Of a stretch of 64,000 nt of DNA, positions 24,801 to 38,298 are shown one piece after another. Each line of letters begins with the position of its first letter. Within the stretch, counting starts at the first letter, position 1. The position numbers and the translations under genes were made by a program. The stretch is taken from assembly GCF_964355755.1 (NCBI RefSeq), contig NC_092679.1:12259432-12323431 (forward strand), given 5' to 3'. The stretch comes from Antedon mediterranea (Eukaryota > Animalia > Echinodermata). Under the pieces are notes generated by a model, which was given only the letters and a program-made list of their open reading frames with translations, was not told where the DNA came from and ran no database searches.

Positions 24801-27689
24801 CCAAACTTCAACAATTACCAATGGGTGTGTATTTGCAGATCCTGCTCTCCTGTCCTGTGCCTTATTGAACTAAAACGTGCAAAAAACTTATTTAATATTT
24901 CAATGTTTGTTTGACACATTTAAATATTACTTGCTGTAGTAATCTTGTAATCTTTATATATGTATAAATCTATAGAAGTCTTATCAAGGTAAAAAGTGGT
25001 CAGAAAATAGACAAAATAGAACTAGAATAGTATGACTACATCCCTGTCGCTCTACACGTTGTCTACTACTTAGATGTATAACGTAACGTGATTATACCAT
25101 GGATGAAGTACGTCCTCTATACCCAATACACGAGCGGTATTTTTATATATAATTCTTACAATATGGTATTGTTTATGTTGAACTTGTATGGTCATGTTTA
25201 TGAAAAATATTGACTATTAGTATTAATATTTGTAAAATGCATATATAACAATGGTTAGGCTTAATAATTTATTTAATTAAAGATGTATTGTCCCCCTGAA
25301 CAAATAATTTAAAAAATATTTTTGTTGAATAGGCCATTTTAATGATACATAAAGTTATTCACTTTTAAATAAAATTTGATCGAAAAAAAAAATTATTTAC
25401 CTGAGAAAATCTTAAGGTAAAGTAATAAATAGTCAACCGGAAGTCGGTTGGCTGGCAGCCAGCTGGCTTCCGGTTTAATTTAACCCTTGACCTGAATTAG
25501 CTTATGAATTATGCATATTGTATGATTCTTGTGCGTGTATGTGACCTCTAGGTCATCACAAAAAAATACGACGTGATATGGCGAGACGACGTTGTGGGAA
25601 AGTTCTGTAGTTTAACAACAAAAAAACAACTCCTATCTTGAAAAAAATACTATGGCTAGGCCCTAGCAGATTGGTAAGTAAGAACTGTAGTTTCTATAGT
25701 GCAGTTTTGTTAGTTAGTATAGGAAGCCTAGTTAGCCCAGTACAGCTGTACTGGCCTAGAGTAGGCCTAGGCCTAGTAGTAGCTAGTCTGCTAGTAGTAC
25801 TAGTTGTACTTGTAGGCCTGAGTGAGTAGTAGGCCTAGCTAATACTAATAGATCTAACTTGTAGGCCTTATTAATAGTTATTATCTGTGAGCATGGAGTA
25901 AAGAATAAGGTTTTAGTAGTGTGAATTTTGACACCACCACCTCGTCTTATTTTTAGTCTAATACTATAATAATAGTCCTTCATCATTATTCATATCACTT
26001 TTCATTCATTTTAAAACATTTAATTTTCTTTTCTATGTAGAGTTTGTGATTTAAAAAAATTATACATAACTTACGAGCAGCGATACCCAAAAAGCTAAAA
26101 CTTGTGAATGGCTGCCAAAAATAAAAAAATAAGGTCACCACCAGGGCCAGGAGAGATTATGGTGCTTGGTTTTTCCTTCATGATTAATTACATTTTAATT
26201 CTAATATAAATTTGTGAAAATTGTAACTAGGCCTATACTGTACATCCAATAATGTAATTTTTTTTTCTCTTACAGAAAATGACCAAATAATCTAAGTTAA
26301 ATATTTTTTGGAATGTGTACTTTACAGTACTTAGTACTGGTACTGTTATGTTGAAAATTCTTCTTTTTATGTAGATATTTTAATAAAAAATGTCTTTCTT
26401 TTAATAGGTATTAACACACTAATTGAATGAACAATATGAGCAAGTAGTGGAAAATGGTGAAGAAATCAACACAAAATGTGGTAGCAACATTCACAATATA
26501 TATTTGAACGTTTCTTACTATGACACTTTAAAATGGATAAACAATCACAGAAGACAAGCTATTGCTGTAATGCCACAATCAACACATCAATTAATAGTTA
26601 ATAAATTGTCAACAATAATGCAGAAATTTAATGAAATATACTGTACTAGTAATTAACTCATTTTTTTTACTGTACTGTACTGTAAATCTTCACACATTAA
26701 AATTATGGAGATTTTATCTCATGTACTGTAGTAGTATTTTTATTTATTTAATGCTATGTTTGCAAAATAATTTCAAATGTTATTGCTCTAATTATGTAAA
26801 CTATACAACATTTTAAAAGCTGGAAAACAACCAACACATTTGCCGAATGCTTTATGATAGTCATCCAATATTTATCTTGTGTTCTACTACCGAGTCTACC
26901 GCCAGTTGCCTTTATGCAGTATTGATGTACCCTCTGTTCCAGTCTTCATTAGCTTAAGTCTATAAATTTAAAAACAATGATGTATAAATACAAAAGTCAA
27001 ATAGAAAAGTTAAATATTTCACAATTTATTGCATACATATAATTATTATTTCTGTACATGAATCTGAAGTTTTCAATTTGGGGTACTACTAATGTACAGT
27101 AAGGAATTCATGAAAAGTGCATCTCCTCCCTCAAAAAGGCCTAGTCTAATTACTAGTGTTTTGGTTGCTATCAACAACAATCTATTCTACCGTCAACTTC
27201 TTTGGTACTGTATCCTGATCATTTTCCAAATGTTTTTTTTTTGTCATAAGTTACTCTTTTTTTAGACTTTAAAATTAATTCGAGCTCCAAATGTAATATC
27301 AATGGTAGAGTAACATAGTAGGCCTATTTCCTGTAGCTAGTTGTGGAGTGATGACCTAGCTAGGTGAGTACGATATATAGGACCTAGCTAGGCCTCAAAG
27401 TGGGTTCCCGTCTACTTTTCTTACCCGATATCTGCCTGCCTACAGCTGCTACACTACACAGTAGTAAACTACCAACTAGGCCCTAGATAGTAGGCTTATA
27501 TTATAGCCCTAGCCTAGATAGCCAAGCCTATAACTATACGGCAAAAACGTCTAGTTTGCGATATATAACTATTATAGGAGGATGTCTCATTCATCTAAAA
27601 TAAAATTCTACTTACGTTACCAGCAAATTAACGGCAGAGCTTTTTACATCATACGATCAGGGAAACCCCAGCACTTTCTTCTGTTCGTC

Positions 27690-29323
27690 CATGGATTAAA
27701 GAATAGATGGATATGCATCGACGTGAGATCAAGGGTTCCTTGACTCTCGCCGACAGACCGCGAACCGCCCACAATGTTACAGTTTAATTAACCGCATGGT
27801 AACATCGAAACGGTCGCGTGCCCAATATATTGTTTACTGTACATGTGCAACGACATTTAACCTTGTTGGCTACGCTTCTTTCGCGCGTTCTTTGGTGGCA
27901 TGATGTTTTTAGCGCTAGCAACAATACATATTTGAACAGTATAATCAGTGGCGTAACGGCTATGTGCGCTCACTGGCTAAACCCAGGGGCCCTGAAGCTT
28001 GGGGCCCATGAGCAGTGCCCAGAGGAACAGGCATAAAATATGTCGAAAATGCTAAAAACGTCCGAGGCCTCGATCTTTTAAACTTGGAGGGCCACTTAGG
28101 TTTCCTAAACAAGTGGCTTCAGGCCTCTGCCTCACGCCACTGAGTATAATGTTTATTGAAAACAGTTATTAAATTACATTGTATGTTATTGTGAAGACCC
28201 TAGTGTAGGTCTACTTCATCAATATACCAGATAAAAACAATACTATATTGTTATTGGCTTAGAATTGTAGATGCTATAATTGTAATTAGTATAGGTTTCT
28301 GCCCCGATTGATCTACGCTAATGTTTTTATGACATTAAAGTAGCATTTTATGAGACAATAACTAGTTGTTGTCTCAGCGCGCCTACATGTAAAATTACAA
28401 AATCAGCAAGGATACTAGGCCTTCTAGGCTTACTAGTAAACCATATGATTTGCCGACATTGATACTGCCTAGGTAGGCCTAGGCTAATCTTAAGTGTAGT
28501 AGATACAATGCGTAATCATGATCTATATACTCACCGTTGTCTTACTTCTTGTGTGAATAATAATAGGTACTTCGTTTGTTCGTGATTAAGTTTGCCCTGC
28601 GTTTACTTTTCAAAACGACCGCTAGGTAACGTATCGCAACTATACATAGCCAGCCAATCCCGGATCTGGGATCGCTGTTTTCATTCAATTAGGCCCGGTG
28701 ATTGGATGTGATGTGGATGACATAACCATTAGCCAATCACCAGGCACTACAATTTAAATATAATCACATCGATAATTGAGGAGATTTATGAAGAAACCAC
28801 TGCTTAGCCATATATTAAAAACACGATTGTTGTATGTGTGAACACCGGCCACGCTAACAACATACATGGTCAAATGCATAATTTAATATTCTATAGATTA
28901 ACGCAATTTTAATGACAGAAGATGGCAGGCAAATAATAATAATTCAAATATAAAAATTGCATATTTTATTAATATTACCAACTACTTAAAATTACCAGTC
29001 GTAAGAAAGTGAACTTTTCGTAGTCCGATTGTGATGAAACTAAAACAGAATTGTTCAGCAATATATTTTTGTTGTCAATTAATCATCGACGCAGACATGT
29101 CAATAGAACATTCAGACTGCGCATACGATTTCTACATGGTTACGTTTTGGTCTAAAAAAATGTAACAGTTGATTCGCAGCGTTCTACAGAGGGCCGCGGT
29201 TAGAGACACGGAGTTCAATGAGCGTGTTTGTTTGATTGGCAGCAGTGCTTTAGTATAGGCAAGCGCGTTATAAAATCATTTGATGTCACCGTCGATGCAT
29301 ACCCTTCTATTCTTTAATCCATG
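27690..29323. mobile_element. Non-autonomous P-superfamily-like element
   Basis: ~34-bp TIR CATGGATTAAAGAATAGATGGATATGCATCGACG (2 mismatches); 7-bp TSD GTTCGTC at 27683-27689 and 29324-29330. Confidence 0.8.
27946..28142. mobile_element. hAT-like MITE
   Basis: CAGTGGCGT...ACGCCACTG; 8-bp TSD AGTATAAT. Confidence 0.85.
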
Positions 29324-29712
29324 GTTCGTCGCACATGCTTGTTTATGTGGTGAAGATAACAGATCGGATCTCCCCTGTTTGGATGCTCATTAACATATCA
29401 TGCATATTTATGAGTTGTTAGCTAACCATCGTTATTTAGGAATTTCTGAGCTTATGAGTTCGAAAAAATGGTAAACTTATTTTGATTTTTTATAAGCGAA
29501 ATCAATATTTTGTTCTGATTTTTTTTCGGCGAAAGTGAATAACTTTATTATAACTACAAAACGGTCTATTCAAAATTTGATTTTTCTCATCTTTATTTTT
29601 CATGTTTTGGGGGACAATACAACTTTAAAATATAAGCATAGGTGTTAGATAATTATTATCCAGCACGTTTGTTTTTAGTCATATTATAATAAAGTTGAAA
29701 TAATGCTGTAAC

Positions 29713-29754
29713 CAGGGAAGAGTTAAATTACAATTGTAATTTAACTCTTCCCTG
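29713..29754. mobile_element. 42-bp perfect palindrome with 7-bp TSD (TIR-only mini-element)
   Basis: CTGTAAC|CAGGGAAGAGTTAAATTACAA TTGTAATTTAACTCTTCCCTG|CTGTAAC. Confidence 0.8.
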
Positions 29755-30250
29755 CTGTAACTGAGTTTGTGATTATTTAACAGTCGGAGAGCCGCGTTGG
29801 GAAATATGACCGTTATCGCTGAATTTTCGACTTCGCATGACGTCATAAATTTTAGAAGCCCTCTCTCGGCACAGAAGCGTCAACGTTTCGCGCTAAAACA
29901 TTAGTATAAAGTATAGGCTACGTCATTTTATAGCTGTTTAATAAACATTAATAGGCGTAAAATTAACCATATATGGTAAGATCAGTTCCTTATATGTTTA
30001 AGATGTCACAGGTCACCTAATTTTCTGAATAATTTGTTGGATTTGTTGTCAGTGACAGTTTCTTTCCAAAGTTCGTGTGCAGCCGTCAAAACTGAAGTTT
30101 TCTAACAGTTGTTTGTTTACAAATTTCCCATTAGTGGGATTTGCATCCCATACAGTGAATTACCAAAAACTCGACGTATATGGATAAAGTAAGTATCAAT
30201 AGTCTGTTTTACGTTAAAATTGGCTTGAAACCCTATTTAAGCTTCGATTA

Positions 30251-31823
30251 CAGACTGTGCTTGTTATTAGCTGAAGGGTCAGATCCCTTCCTGGAATTGA
30301 CATTCGTTATATTTTAGTTACCTAGGAGTACGTTATGTTGTAATTAATAAATAAAAATAATTCTGCTCTTTAGTGCTACTTTAAATCGTTGGGAAGAATA
30401 ATTGATGCCTGTCTATTTAGCTTAAAATCAAGAAATGTCATTGTGTCGCGACAGTTTGTTATAAATAAGTTAATCTTGTACATTAAAACTAGTATTCAGT
30501 TGTGATTGATAATTGCTATACAGCTGCAAATTATACAACAACTTGTAGTGCTGGTTTATCTATTCTAAACTTATATAAACCACAATGTATTCTTGCTAGT
30601 AACAATATTCATAAACATAAAGTTATAAAAAGTACAAGAACATTATTATCGATATTTTTCGTAACAAATAAATCGATCTGTTAAGGCTTACAAGCAAACT
30701 GGAAGTTTGATAAAGCAAGCATTCATTGTTCTGCTTTAGGCCTACACACCTTGAGAAAAAATAATGAAATCGTGAATAACAAACAGTGATACAGAAACTG
30801 GTGGTGCTTGTTTTCTATCTTTAAGTTTTAAATAACACAGTGTATTATTGCTCCAATATGAATAATATAAGGAAGTACAAAGTACAATAACAGGCCTCTC
30901 ATTGTTACCGATCTTTTTATCTAATAAACAAATCTTTCTAGTACCGGTAAATCGGAAGTGTGGTAATTGTAAAAGAAAAAATGAAACAAATTTATGCTCC
31001 AAATATTATTTGTTTTACAGCTTTATATAAGGCAGCTCAGACTGTGCTTGTTATTAGCTGAAGGGTCAGATCCCTTCCTGGAATTGACATTCGTTATATT
31101 TTAGTTACCTAGGAGTACGTTATGTTGTAATTAATAATAAAAATAATTCTGCTCTTTAGTGCTACTTTAAATCGTTGGGAAGAATTAATGATGCCTGTCT
31201 ATTTAGCTTAAAATCAAGAAATGTCGTTGCGTCGCGACAGTTTGTTATAAATAAGTTAATCTTGTACATTAAAACTAGTATTCAGTTGTGATTGATAATT
31301 GCTATACAGCTGCAAATTATACAACAACTTGTAGTGCTGGTTTATCTATTCTAAACTTATATAAACCACAATGTATTCTTGCTAGTAACAATATTCATAA
31401 ACATAAAGTTATAAAAAGTACAAGAACATTATTATCGATATTTTTCGTAACAAATAAATCGATCTGGTAAGGCTTACAAGCAAACTGGAAGTTTGATAAA
31501 GCAAGCATTCATTGTTCTGCTTTAGGCCTACACACCTTGAGAAAAAATAATGAAATCGTGAATAACAAACAGTGATACAGAAACTGGTGGTGCTTGTTTT
31601 CTATCTTTAAGTTTTAAATAGCACAGTGTTTTATTGCTCCAATATGAATAATATAAGGAAGTACAAAGTACAATAACAGGCCTCTCATTGTTACCGATCT
31701 TTTTATCTAATAAACAAATCTTTCTAGTACCGGTAAATCGGAAGTGTGGTAATTGTAAAAGAAAAAATGAAACAAATTTATGCTCCAAATATTATTTGTT
31801 TTACAGCTTTATATAAGGCAGCT
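30251..31823 (+). repeat. Tandem duplication of ~786 bp (30251-31037, 31038-31823)
   Basis: Near-identical copies; duplicate ORFs offset by 786. Confidence 0.95.
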
Positions 31824-31852
31824 TTAAAAGTTCAACAATATTTACTGATTAA

Positions 31853-32059
31853 TTTTTAGTCGCGTGGACGCGACTCAATAGTTCACTATGTCGGTCGGTC
31901 GGTCTGTCGGTCTGTCTGTCGGTCCGGTATCACTATGCGTTTTATCGCTTTTCTGTACTTTTTGAACTGTTTTGATATACAGAAAAGTTTTAAAGTACAT
32001 TACTTTTTGAAAGTTCATTTTTTTCTGAGAGCACGCGACTTATGGCTGTTGGCCTTGTT
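31853..32059 (+). mobile_element. Small DINE-1/HINE-like element
   Basis: TT-AGTCGCGT-gg-ACGCGACT palindrome, (GTCG/GTCT)n, 3' subTIR CACGCGACT, short hairpin, TTGTT. Confidence 0.8.
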
Positions 32060-32553
32060 CATCAATGTGTAGCTTATGGAGTAACAAAAAGGAGTCTTGT
32101 AAATCAAAATTGCCCATGTTTGACCATTTCAAATTTACTTCATTGATGTCGTTTGTAACATTTGCTACAATAGTGTGATATACTATACAATTATTACATG
32201 TTCTTTTAATTTTAAATACAGTTTCATGACAATAAATATCAGCTTTATTAAGTATTTCTTAGTTTTCATTGAGAATTACCTTCCAGTTTATTGGGATAAT
32301 GCAGAATCGCACCATACAAACGAAATTTTAATTACTTTCAATTCCATACTTTGTTTCAAGATCATTCTGCGAGAGGAAAGATCCTTTGGAATTAGTTACA
32401 TCTTTAATTGTACGGATACCTGCATTCCACCACAAGTTTTGAATATTAAAAGTTCTTTTAACGAAACAGCAATTGTAAAGTACCTGACAATTATATTTCA
32501 TTTGCAGTATCTGGATTTAGTGAATATTGGTATACACTCCAGGCTAGCAGTAC

Positions 32554-33526
32554 GGTTCTAGGACACCTACCCCCTAGACAGTTACCCCCGGATGTTTACC
32601 ACCCGGACAACTACCCCCTTAGGACAACTACCCCCCGGACAACTACTCCCCGGACAACTACCCCCTTAGGACAACTACCCCCTTAGGATAACAACCCCCC
32701 GGACAACTACCCCCCGGACAACAACCCCCTTAGGACAACCACCCCCTTAGGATAACTACCCCCCGGGTAACTACCCCCCGGTCAACTACCCCCTGGACAA
32801 CTACCCCCCCCCCGCCCCCAGACATCTACCCCCTCCCTTAGGACTATATTTATGTTCAATCTTTTACTTTTGTTTACAATAATGAATAGTAATTCCTCAA
32901 AGTAACGAATTAAAATATAGTTATTAATTCCTATTATACACTGTTGCAAAGTCAGGTTGTTGAATGGTCTGGGTGGTAGTTGTCCGTCCGGGGGGTAGTT
33001 GTTCTAAAGGGATAGTTGTCTGGGTGGTAGTTGTCCAGGGGTTAGTTGTCCTACGGAGGTAGTTGTCCTAAAAGATTATTTGCCCTCGGAGTATTGTCCA
33101 GGTCCAGGAGGTAGTTGTCCTACGAGGAGTATTGTGTCAGAGGTAGTTGTCCGCGGGGTAATTACCCGGGGGGGGGGAATTGTCCGGGGGTAATTGTCAG
33201 GGGGTAATTGTTCCTAGGGGGTAATTGTCCGGGGGGTAGTTGTCCAGGGGAGTTGTCCTACGGAGGTAGTTGTCCTAAATGATTATTTGCCCTCGGAGTA
33301 TTGTCCAGGTTCAGGAGGTAGTTGTCCTACGGGGAGTATTGTGTCAGAGGTAGTTGTCCGCGGGGTAATTACCCGGGGGGGGGGGGGGGTAATTGTCCGG
33401 GGGTATTTGTCCGGGGGTAGTTGTCCTAAAGGGGTAGTTGTCCTAAGGGGGTAGTTGTCGAGATGGTGGTTGTCCGGGGGTAGTTTTCCGGGGGGTAAAT
33501 GTCCAGGGAGTGAATATCCGGATACG
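32554..33526. mobile_element. Foldback/MULE-like non-autonomous element with GGACAACTACCCCC subterminal arrays
   Basis: C-rich array at left, inverted G-rich array at right, AT-rich core; 9-bp TSD TAGCAGTAC. Confidence 0.75.
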
Positions 33527-33539
33527 TAGCAGTACATCT

Positions 33540-35070
33540 CTATAAAATGTGGATAATTTTGTAAGCAGAGGAGAATATGTTTTTCTCACAAATGGCCTCA
33601 AACTCTATGGTTAAAAAAACTTTCCATTTTGCATCCCCATCATCCAGGTACCGTTTTATCCAACACAATTTAAGAGAATGGATGTAACTCGAAATATGTG
33701 ACATTTTTAAACCGCCCTTGTTTTGTTTTCCATCCCAAAGAAAATCAAAGAACACATTTTGTAGTTTGTTAATATATTCTACATCAGGTGTTGGTAAATT
33801 TGAAAAATTATATGATAAAATTGGTAATGCCAAAGACTTGATTATTAATACTTTTCCAATCAAAGATTAAACTCTTAGTTTTCACATGTTGAGAACGCTT
33901 TTTATTCGATCCAATTTATTTTCAAAGTTAAGTGTAACAAGTTGATTAGCGTTCCCCGAAACATATACTCCGAGGTATTTGATTGGCCCATCTGTCCAAA
34001 ACAAATTCTTGGTACAATTTTAAAATTGGTATTGGTAAAAGTGCCTAGTCTTAAAATATTACTTCTATCAAAGTTGTCATTTAGACCAGAAAATGTAGCA
34101 GTTATCAAGAATTTCTATTGCTGTATTCAGTAAATATTCATCCTGCAAGAAGAACACACAGTATCATCTGCTAGTTGATTTATTCTTATCAGTATTTGTA
34201 ATGGTAATACCTTTAAAGTGTTTATTTTGTTTCACTGATATCTCAAGCAATTCTGCCGCAATAAATAAATAAATATGGAAATAAGGGCAACACTGTCGTA
34301 GTCCCCTCGATGGTTAAATAATTCGAGGTAAAGCCATTATTAACTACACAGCTTGAAATATCAGTATACAACATTAATTTAAACCAGTTTTTTTTATCAT
34401 TTCTCCAAACCAAATTTGTCGAGGAATTCTTTAACAAACTTAATCTTATCGAAGGCCTTTTCGAAATCAACAAATAATAACAAATTATTTAAAAAAAAAA
34501 CGCTAAAGAAAAACATTTAAAAATGTTTTTCTATAGCGTTTTTTTTTTCATCTAATACAAGACGAATATTTTCTCTATGTAGCGATTTAAAAAAAAAACG
34601 TTTGGTCCAGGTTTATTATATTTGCCAACGTTTCTTTCATTCGTGTAGCAATTAGTTTTGCTATATTTTTGTAGTCTACGTTTAGTAGCGATATTATTGG
34701 ACGCCAATTTTTTAACTCTGTTGGATTTTTTTCTCCTTTTGGTAATAAAGATATAACTCCTCTTCGTTGAGATAACATACCTGTATGTTGGGAATATGAA
34801 ATTGATTGCATTAAACATACCTAACAACATTCCAAAACATTTTATAAAATTCTATAGGCAGAATATCAGTACCATAAGGAGACTTATTATTTTTCATAGA
34901 TGTTATGGCTGCTGAATATTCTATATCTAGAAGTTCCGAATTACATTTTTTTAAAGTCATTTTCTGAGATTCTCTCGCACTCATGCTGCTCAGTCTTGGG
35001 TTCTAACTCTAATACTAACCTCTGTATAGTAAACTACAAAAAATCCAAAACAGAGCTTTACGCTTTATTC
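33540..35070 (-). pseudogene. Degraded L1/Tx1-clade RT fragment
   Basis: GVISLLPKG..LKNWRPIISLLNVDYK, IDFEKAFD, QLADDT, GKVLIIKSLALP, KGGL in several frames. Confidence 0.85.
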
Positions 35071-35484
35071 TCAAACTTAATCCTATGTCACACCTCTCTG
35101 ATGATCACTTTAGACTAGCCCATACCATTCCTCTTCAGAAAAGACTCAACTACCAACTTGGTTGTCTTACTTTCAAAACCCTAAATCTTCTTGCTCCTCA
35201 ATGCTTATACCATCTCCTCACTAACATTACTGCCAATGGGAGGATGACTACTCGTCAAATCTCAAAAGGAAATCTTCACATTCCTAAACCCTCTCTTGAA
35301 ATTTTCAAACTCTCCTTCAGGCCCCTCATTTCTACAATGATCTTCCTCTATCTATCCGCAATTCCTTATGCTTTTCCTCTTTCAAAACTAGACTTATGAC
35401 TTTTCTCAAAACTATGTAATCCTTTTCCAGATTTTAAATTGTAAAATAGTAGGTTTATTTATATATATTTTATATTTTGCTTAA

Positions 35485-35808
35485 AGATATATTGTCCCCC
35501 TAAAAAAATATTTTTTTTAATTTTTTTGTTGAATATGTTATTTTAATGTCACATAATAATTATTCACTCTCATAAAAAATTGGGTCTGAAAAAAATGTAC
35601 TTACCTGAGAAAAAATGTAATTTAAAGCAAAAAATGGTCAAATTGTCTGGAAGACAATAAGTTTTTGTCTTTTTATAGGTGAAATAATTTTTTTCCCCCG
35701 TTTTTTTTCTTATGGAAGTAAACAGCTTCATTAAAACTGCAAAATGGCCTATTCAAAGTCCGATTTTAAAAATCTTTATTTTTCATGATTTTGGGGGACA
35801 ATACATCT
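35485..35808. mobile_element. Kolobok-like MITE, internal deletion relative of 25281-29624
   Basis: TTAA|AGATATATTGTCCCCC...GGGGGACAATACATCT|TTAA; partial relatives at ~230-375, ~23200-23320, 53812+, ~63107+. Confidence 0.8.
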
Positions 35809-36672
35809 TTAATTTAACATATCAGTTATTTTCTATTTTTCAAATTTTCTTACTCGGATTTTTACGCCCGTATTCTTAAACCGAACTTTAGTCGTAGTTC
35901 GAGCTAAAACTTTAAAAATGACGTCATTTTAATTCATAAACCGAAATTCAACAAATCGCCGACTAAATCAGGCCAACCTCGACTAAATCGAGACGGATTT
36001 TGATCGATTTTTGTAGTCCTGGAGTGGGCAGGCTAAATGGTCGACTAAATGGTTTTTAACCGATGTTTATGAAAAACGTAACAGTCATTGAGTTGTTATA
36101 TTGGCCAGATATTGAAGAATGAAATATCTATTTTTATATTAGATTTATTAAACATACATTGGTATAAGTTATAATAATGAAAAACATCTTTATTTACAAC
36201 CGTATACAAATTACATTATTTTCTTCGAGCAAGTCCGACTTGAACTACGTCACGCCATAGCGACAATGGGAGATGCGGAAATTCACCACGCGATGGAATG
36301 TTTAGGGGGCCTAGCGCTTTCTTGTCACGCTATGAAGTGTGTGGTTCGTCGCAAACATACTTTGTTGGAGGCCTAGAAAATATGAAAGTTACTGTACCAC
36401 CATGATTCTTAAATATATTTTGAAGATTTTGTTTGTTGTTAATCGAAAGTACTTCACTGTTAAATTATACTGATCTTGTTCTAATAATTAACGATTACAA
36501 TTATTTTTCATTTTATATAGTCCTGATGCGTAAAAAGTTTTGTACGAAAATGGAAAATTTCGTCTGCTCTCTTGTCATTGGCCAATGTATAGCCTTTGTT
36601 ACCCAGACGTGTGTAACTCGACTAAAAGCTCGACTTCATTAAGTCAAACTGCAAACTTCGACTACTTCGTTT

Positions 36673-38298
36673 CAGTGGTGGCGCCAGCGGGGGGGGGGGG
36701 GGCTACGGGGGCTCTAGCCCCCTCGTCGGGGAGCATAGCCTCCCCGTCGGGGAACACGGGTACTTTTTGTCGGGGAATATAATATACAGTAAAAAATGTT
36801 TGCGTTCACTTCATATAGCTTCAGCGCCTAGAAAACCACGTTCCATTGACCGTGAGAGTACGTCAGAGGGCTATTATGCACTTTTATGCATTCATTTATT
36901 GCCAGCGATCTAACTTACTACTAAACATTAGCTAGGTACGCACTTGTCTGGCGGTATCCCTTTGTACGAATCGTTCAACGTTGGGTCAACACGCGTGATA
37001 TCAAGTTCCATCCAGGGACCAAAATGTGTAATGTAGTTATTTTCCAGGCGAAGTTTACCGACGGTTACCGAAGGGAACACGGGTACTTTTTGTCGGGGAA
37101 TAAATTATAATATACAGTAAAAAGCGTTCGCGTTCACTTCGTAGCTAGCTTCAGCGCCTAGAAAACCGCGACGTTTCATTGACCGTGAGAGTACGTCAGA
37201 GTGATATTATGCACTTTATATGCATTCATTATTGCCAGCGATCTAACTTACTCCTAAACAATAGCTAGGTTCGCACTTGTCTGTCGGTATCCCTTTGTAC
37301 GAATCGTTCAACGTTGGGTCGAGACGCGTGATATCATGTTCCATCCAGGGACCAAAATGTGTACTGTAGTTATTTTCCAGGCGAAGTTTACTGACGGTTA
37401 CGTCGTGTACTGCGTCGACGTACGCTACACTACAGCAGCAAAAACGAATTATGTTAATTGTTCGTATGTTCACCAATTTTTTAATTTACAAGTAACCTTC
37501 TTTACCGTGGGGCACCTAAAATAAATTTTTCATCCATTACTAAACAAAAAAACATGCCATTTTCGCTTAGCCAACATCTTATTATAGCTAAGTTATTACA
37601 TTTTCAATGTCCTGTATGTCATGAATTTCTCACCACTCGGAAGTCCAGATGGTACGCACGCATACACTTGGGAGGAATAAACTTATTTCCCTGACTGAAA
37701 AAGGTCTACGCTTGCGTTTTTTAAGCCTCTAGGCCTGATGTTTCCAAAGTATAAAATGCTATTTTTTGAAGACCTGCAGCTCTAGTTTTAAACAGTTTCT
37801 TAGCTCAGCCCCAACAATAAAGCTGGTCATATTTCGAAGTACAAGAAGTGCATTTTCCGGGACCTAACATCTCTATTTTTCAAACATTTCTTAGCTCAGT
37901 CACAACCATGATAGGGACTTATATATTTTGTTTCATGTTTTGAAGTATAATAAGTTCAATTTCCGGGACCTCCAACTCTATTTTTCTAAATTTTCTTTGA
38001 ACTTTAATTTTTTAAATTAAAAAATATGGATTGAAACAGTCATCGCGCATCGTTTTTTTGCACGCAGTATTTTATTTATGCATTATAAAAAATGGAAAAA
38101 ATGGCTACCCTAAATCTGATTAAAATGACCTCAAATGACGCTAGAACGCGTTGCTTCCGGGGGCTTCGCCCCCTGGACCCCCACCGGGGGTCCTTGGCGG
38201 CCCCCTGGCCCCCAGCCTAGTGATGCTCGCTTCGCTCGCATAGCCCCCTCGTCGGGGAATGTAGCCCCCGCGTCGGGAAGATCCTGGCGCCACCCCTG
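36673..38298. mobile_element. hAT-like non-autonomous element with ~320-bp internal tandem duplication
   Basis: CAGTGGTGGCGCCAG...CTGGCGCCACCCCTG; 8-bp TSD CTTCGTTT; inserted into an older repeat (AGTCGTAGTTCGAG ~35890 / CTCGAACTACGACT ~38335). Confidence 0.85.

Larger units (their letters stand above)
25281..29624. mobile_element. Non-autonomous Kolobok-like DNA transposon (TTAA TSD) containing nested elements
   Basis: TTAA|AGATGTATTGTCCCCC ... GGGGGACAATACAACT|TTAA (15/16 TIR match). Confidence 0.7.

Noticed and set aside
33283-33537. Pro-rich ORF (and Gly-rich ORF at 48767-49030)
   Set aside because: Translations of the G/C minisatellite arms.
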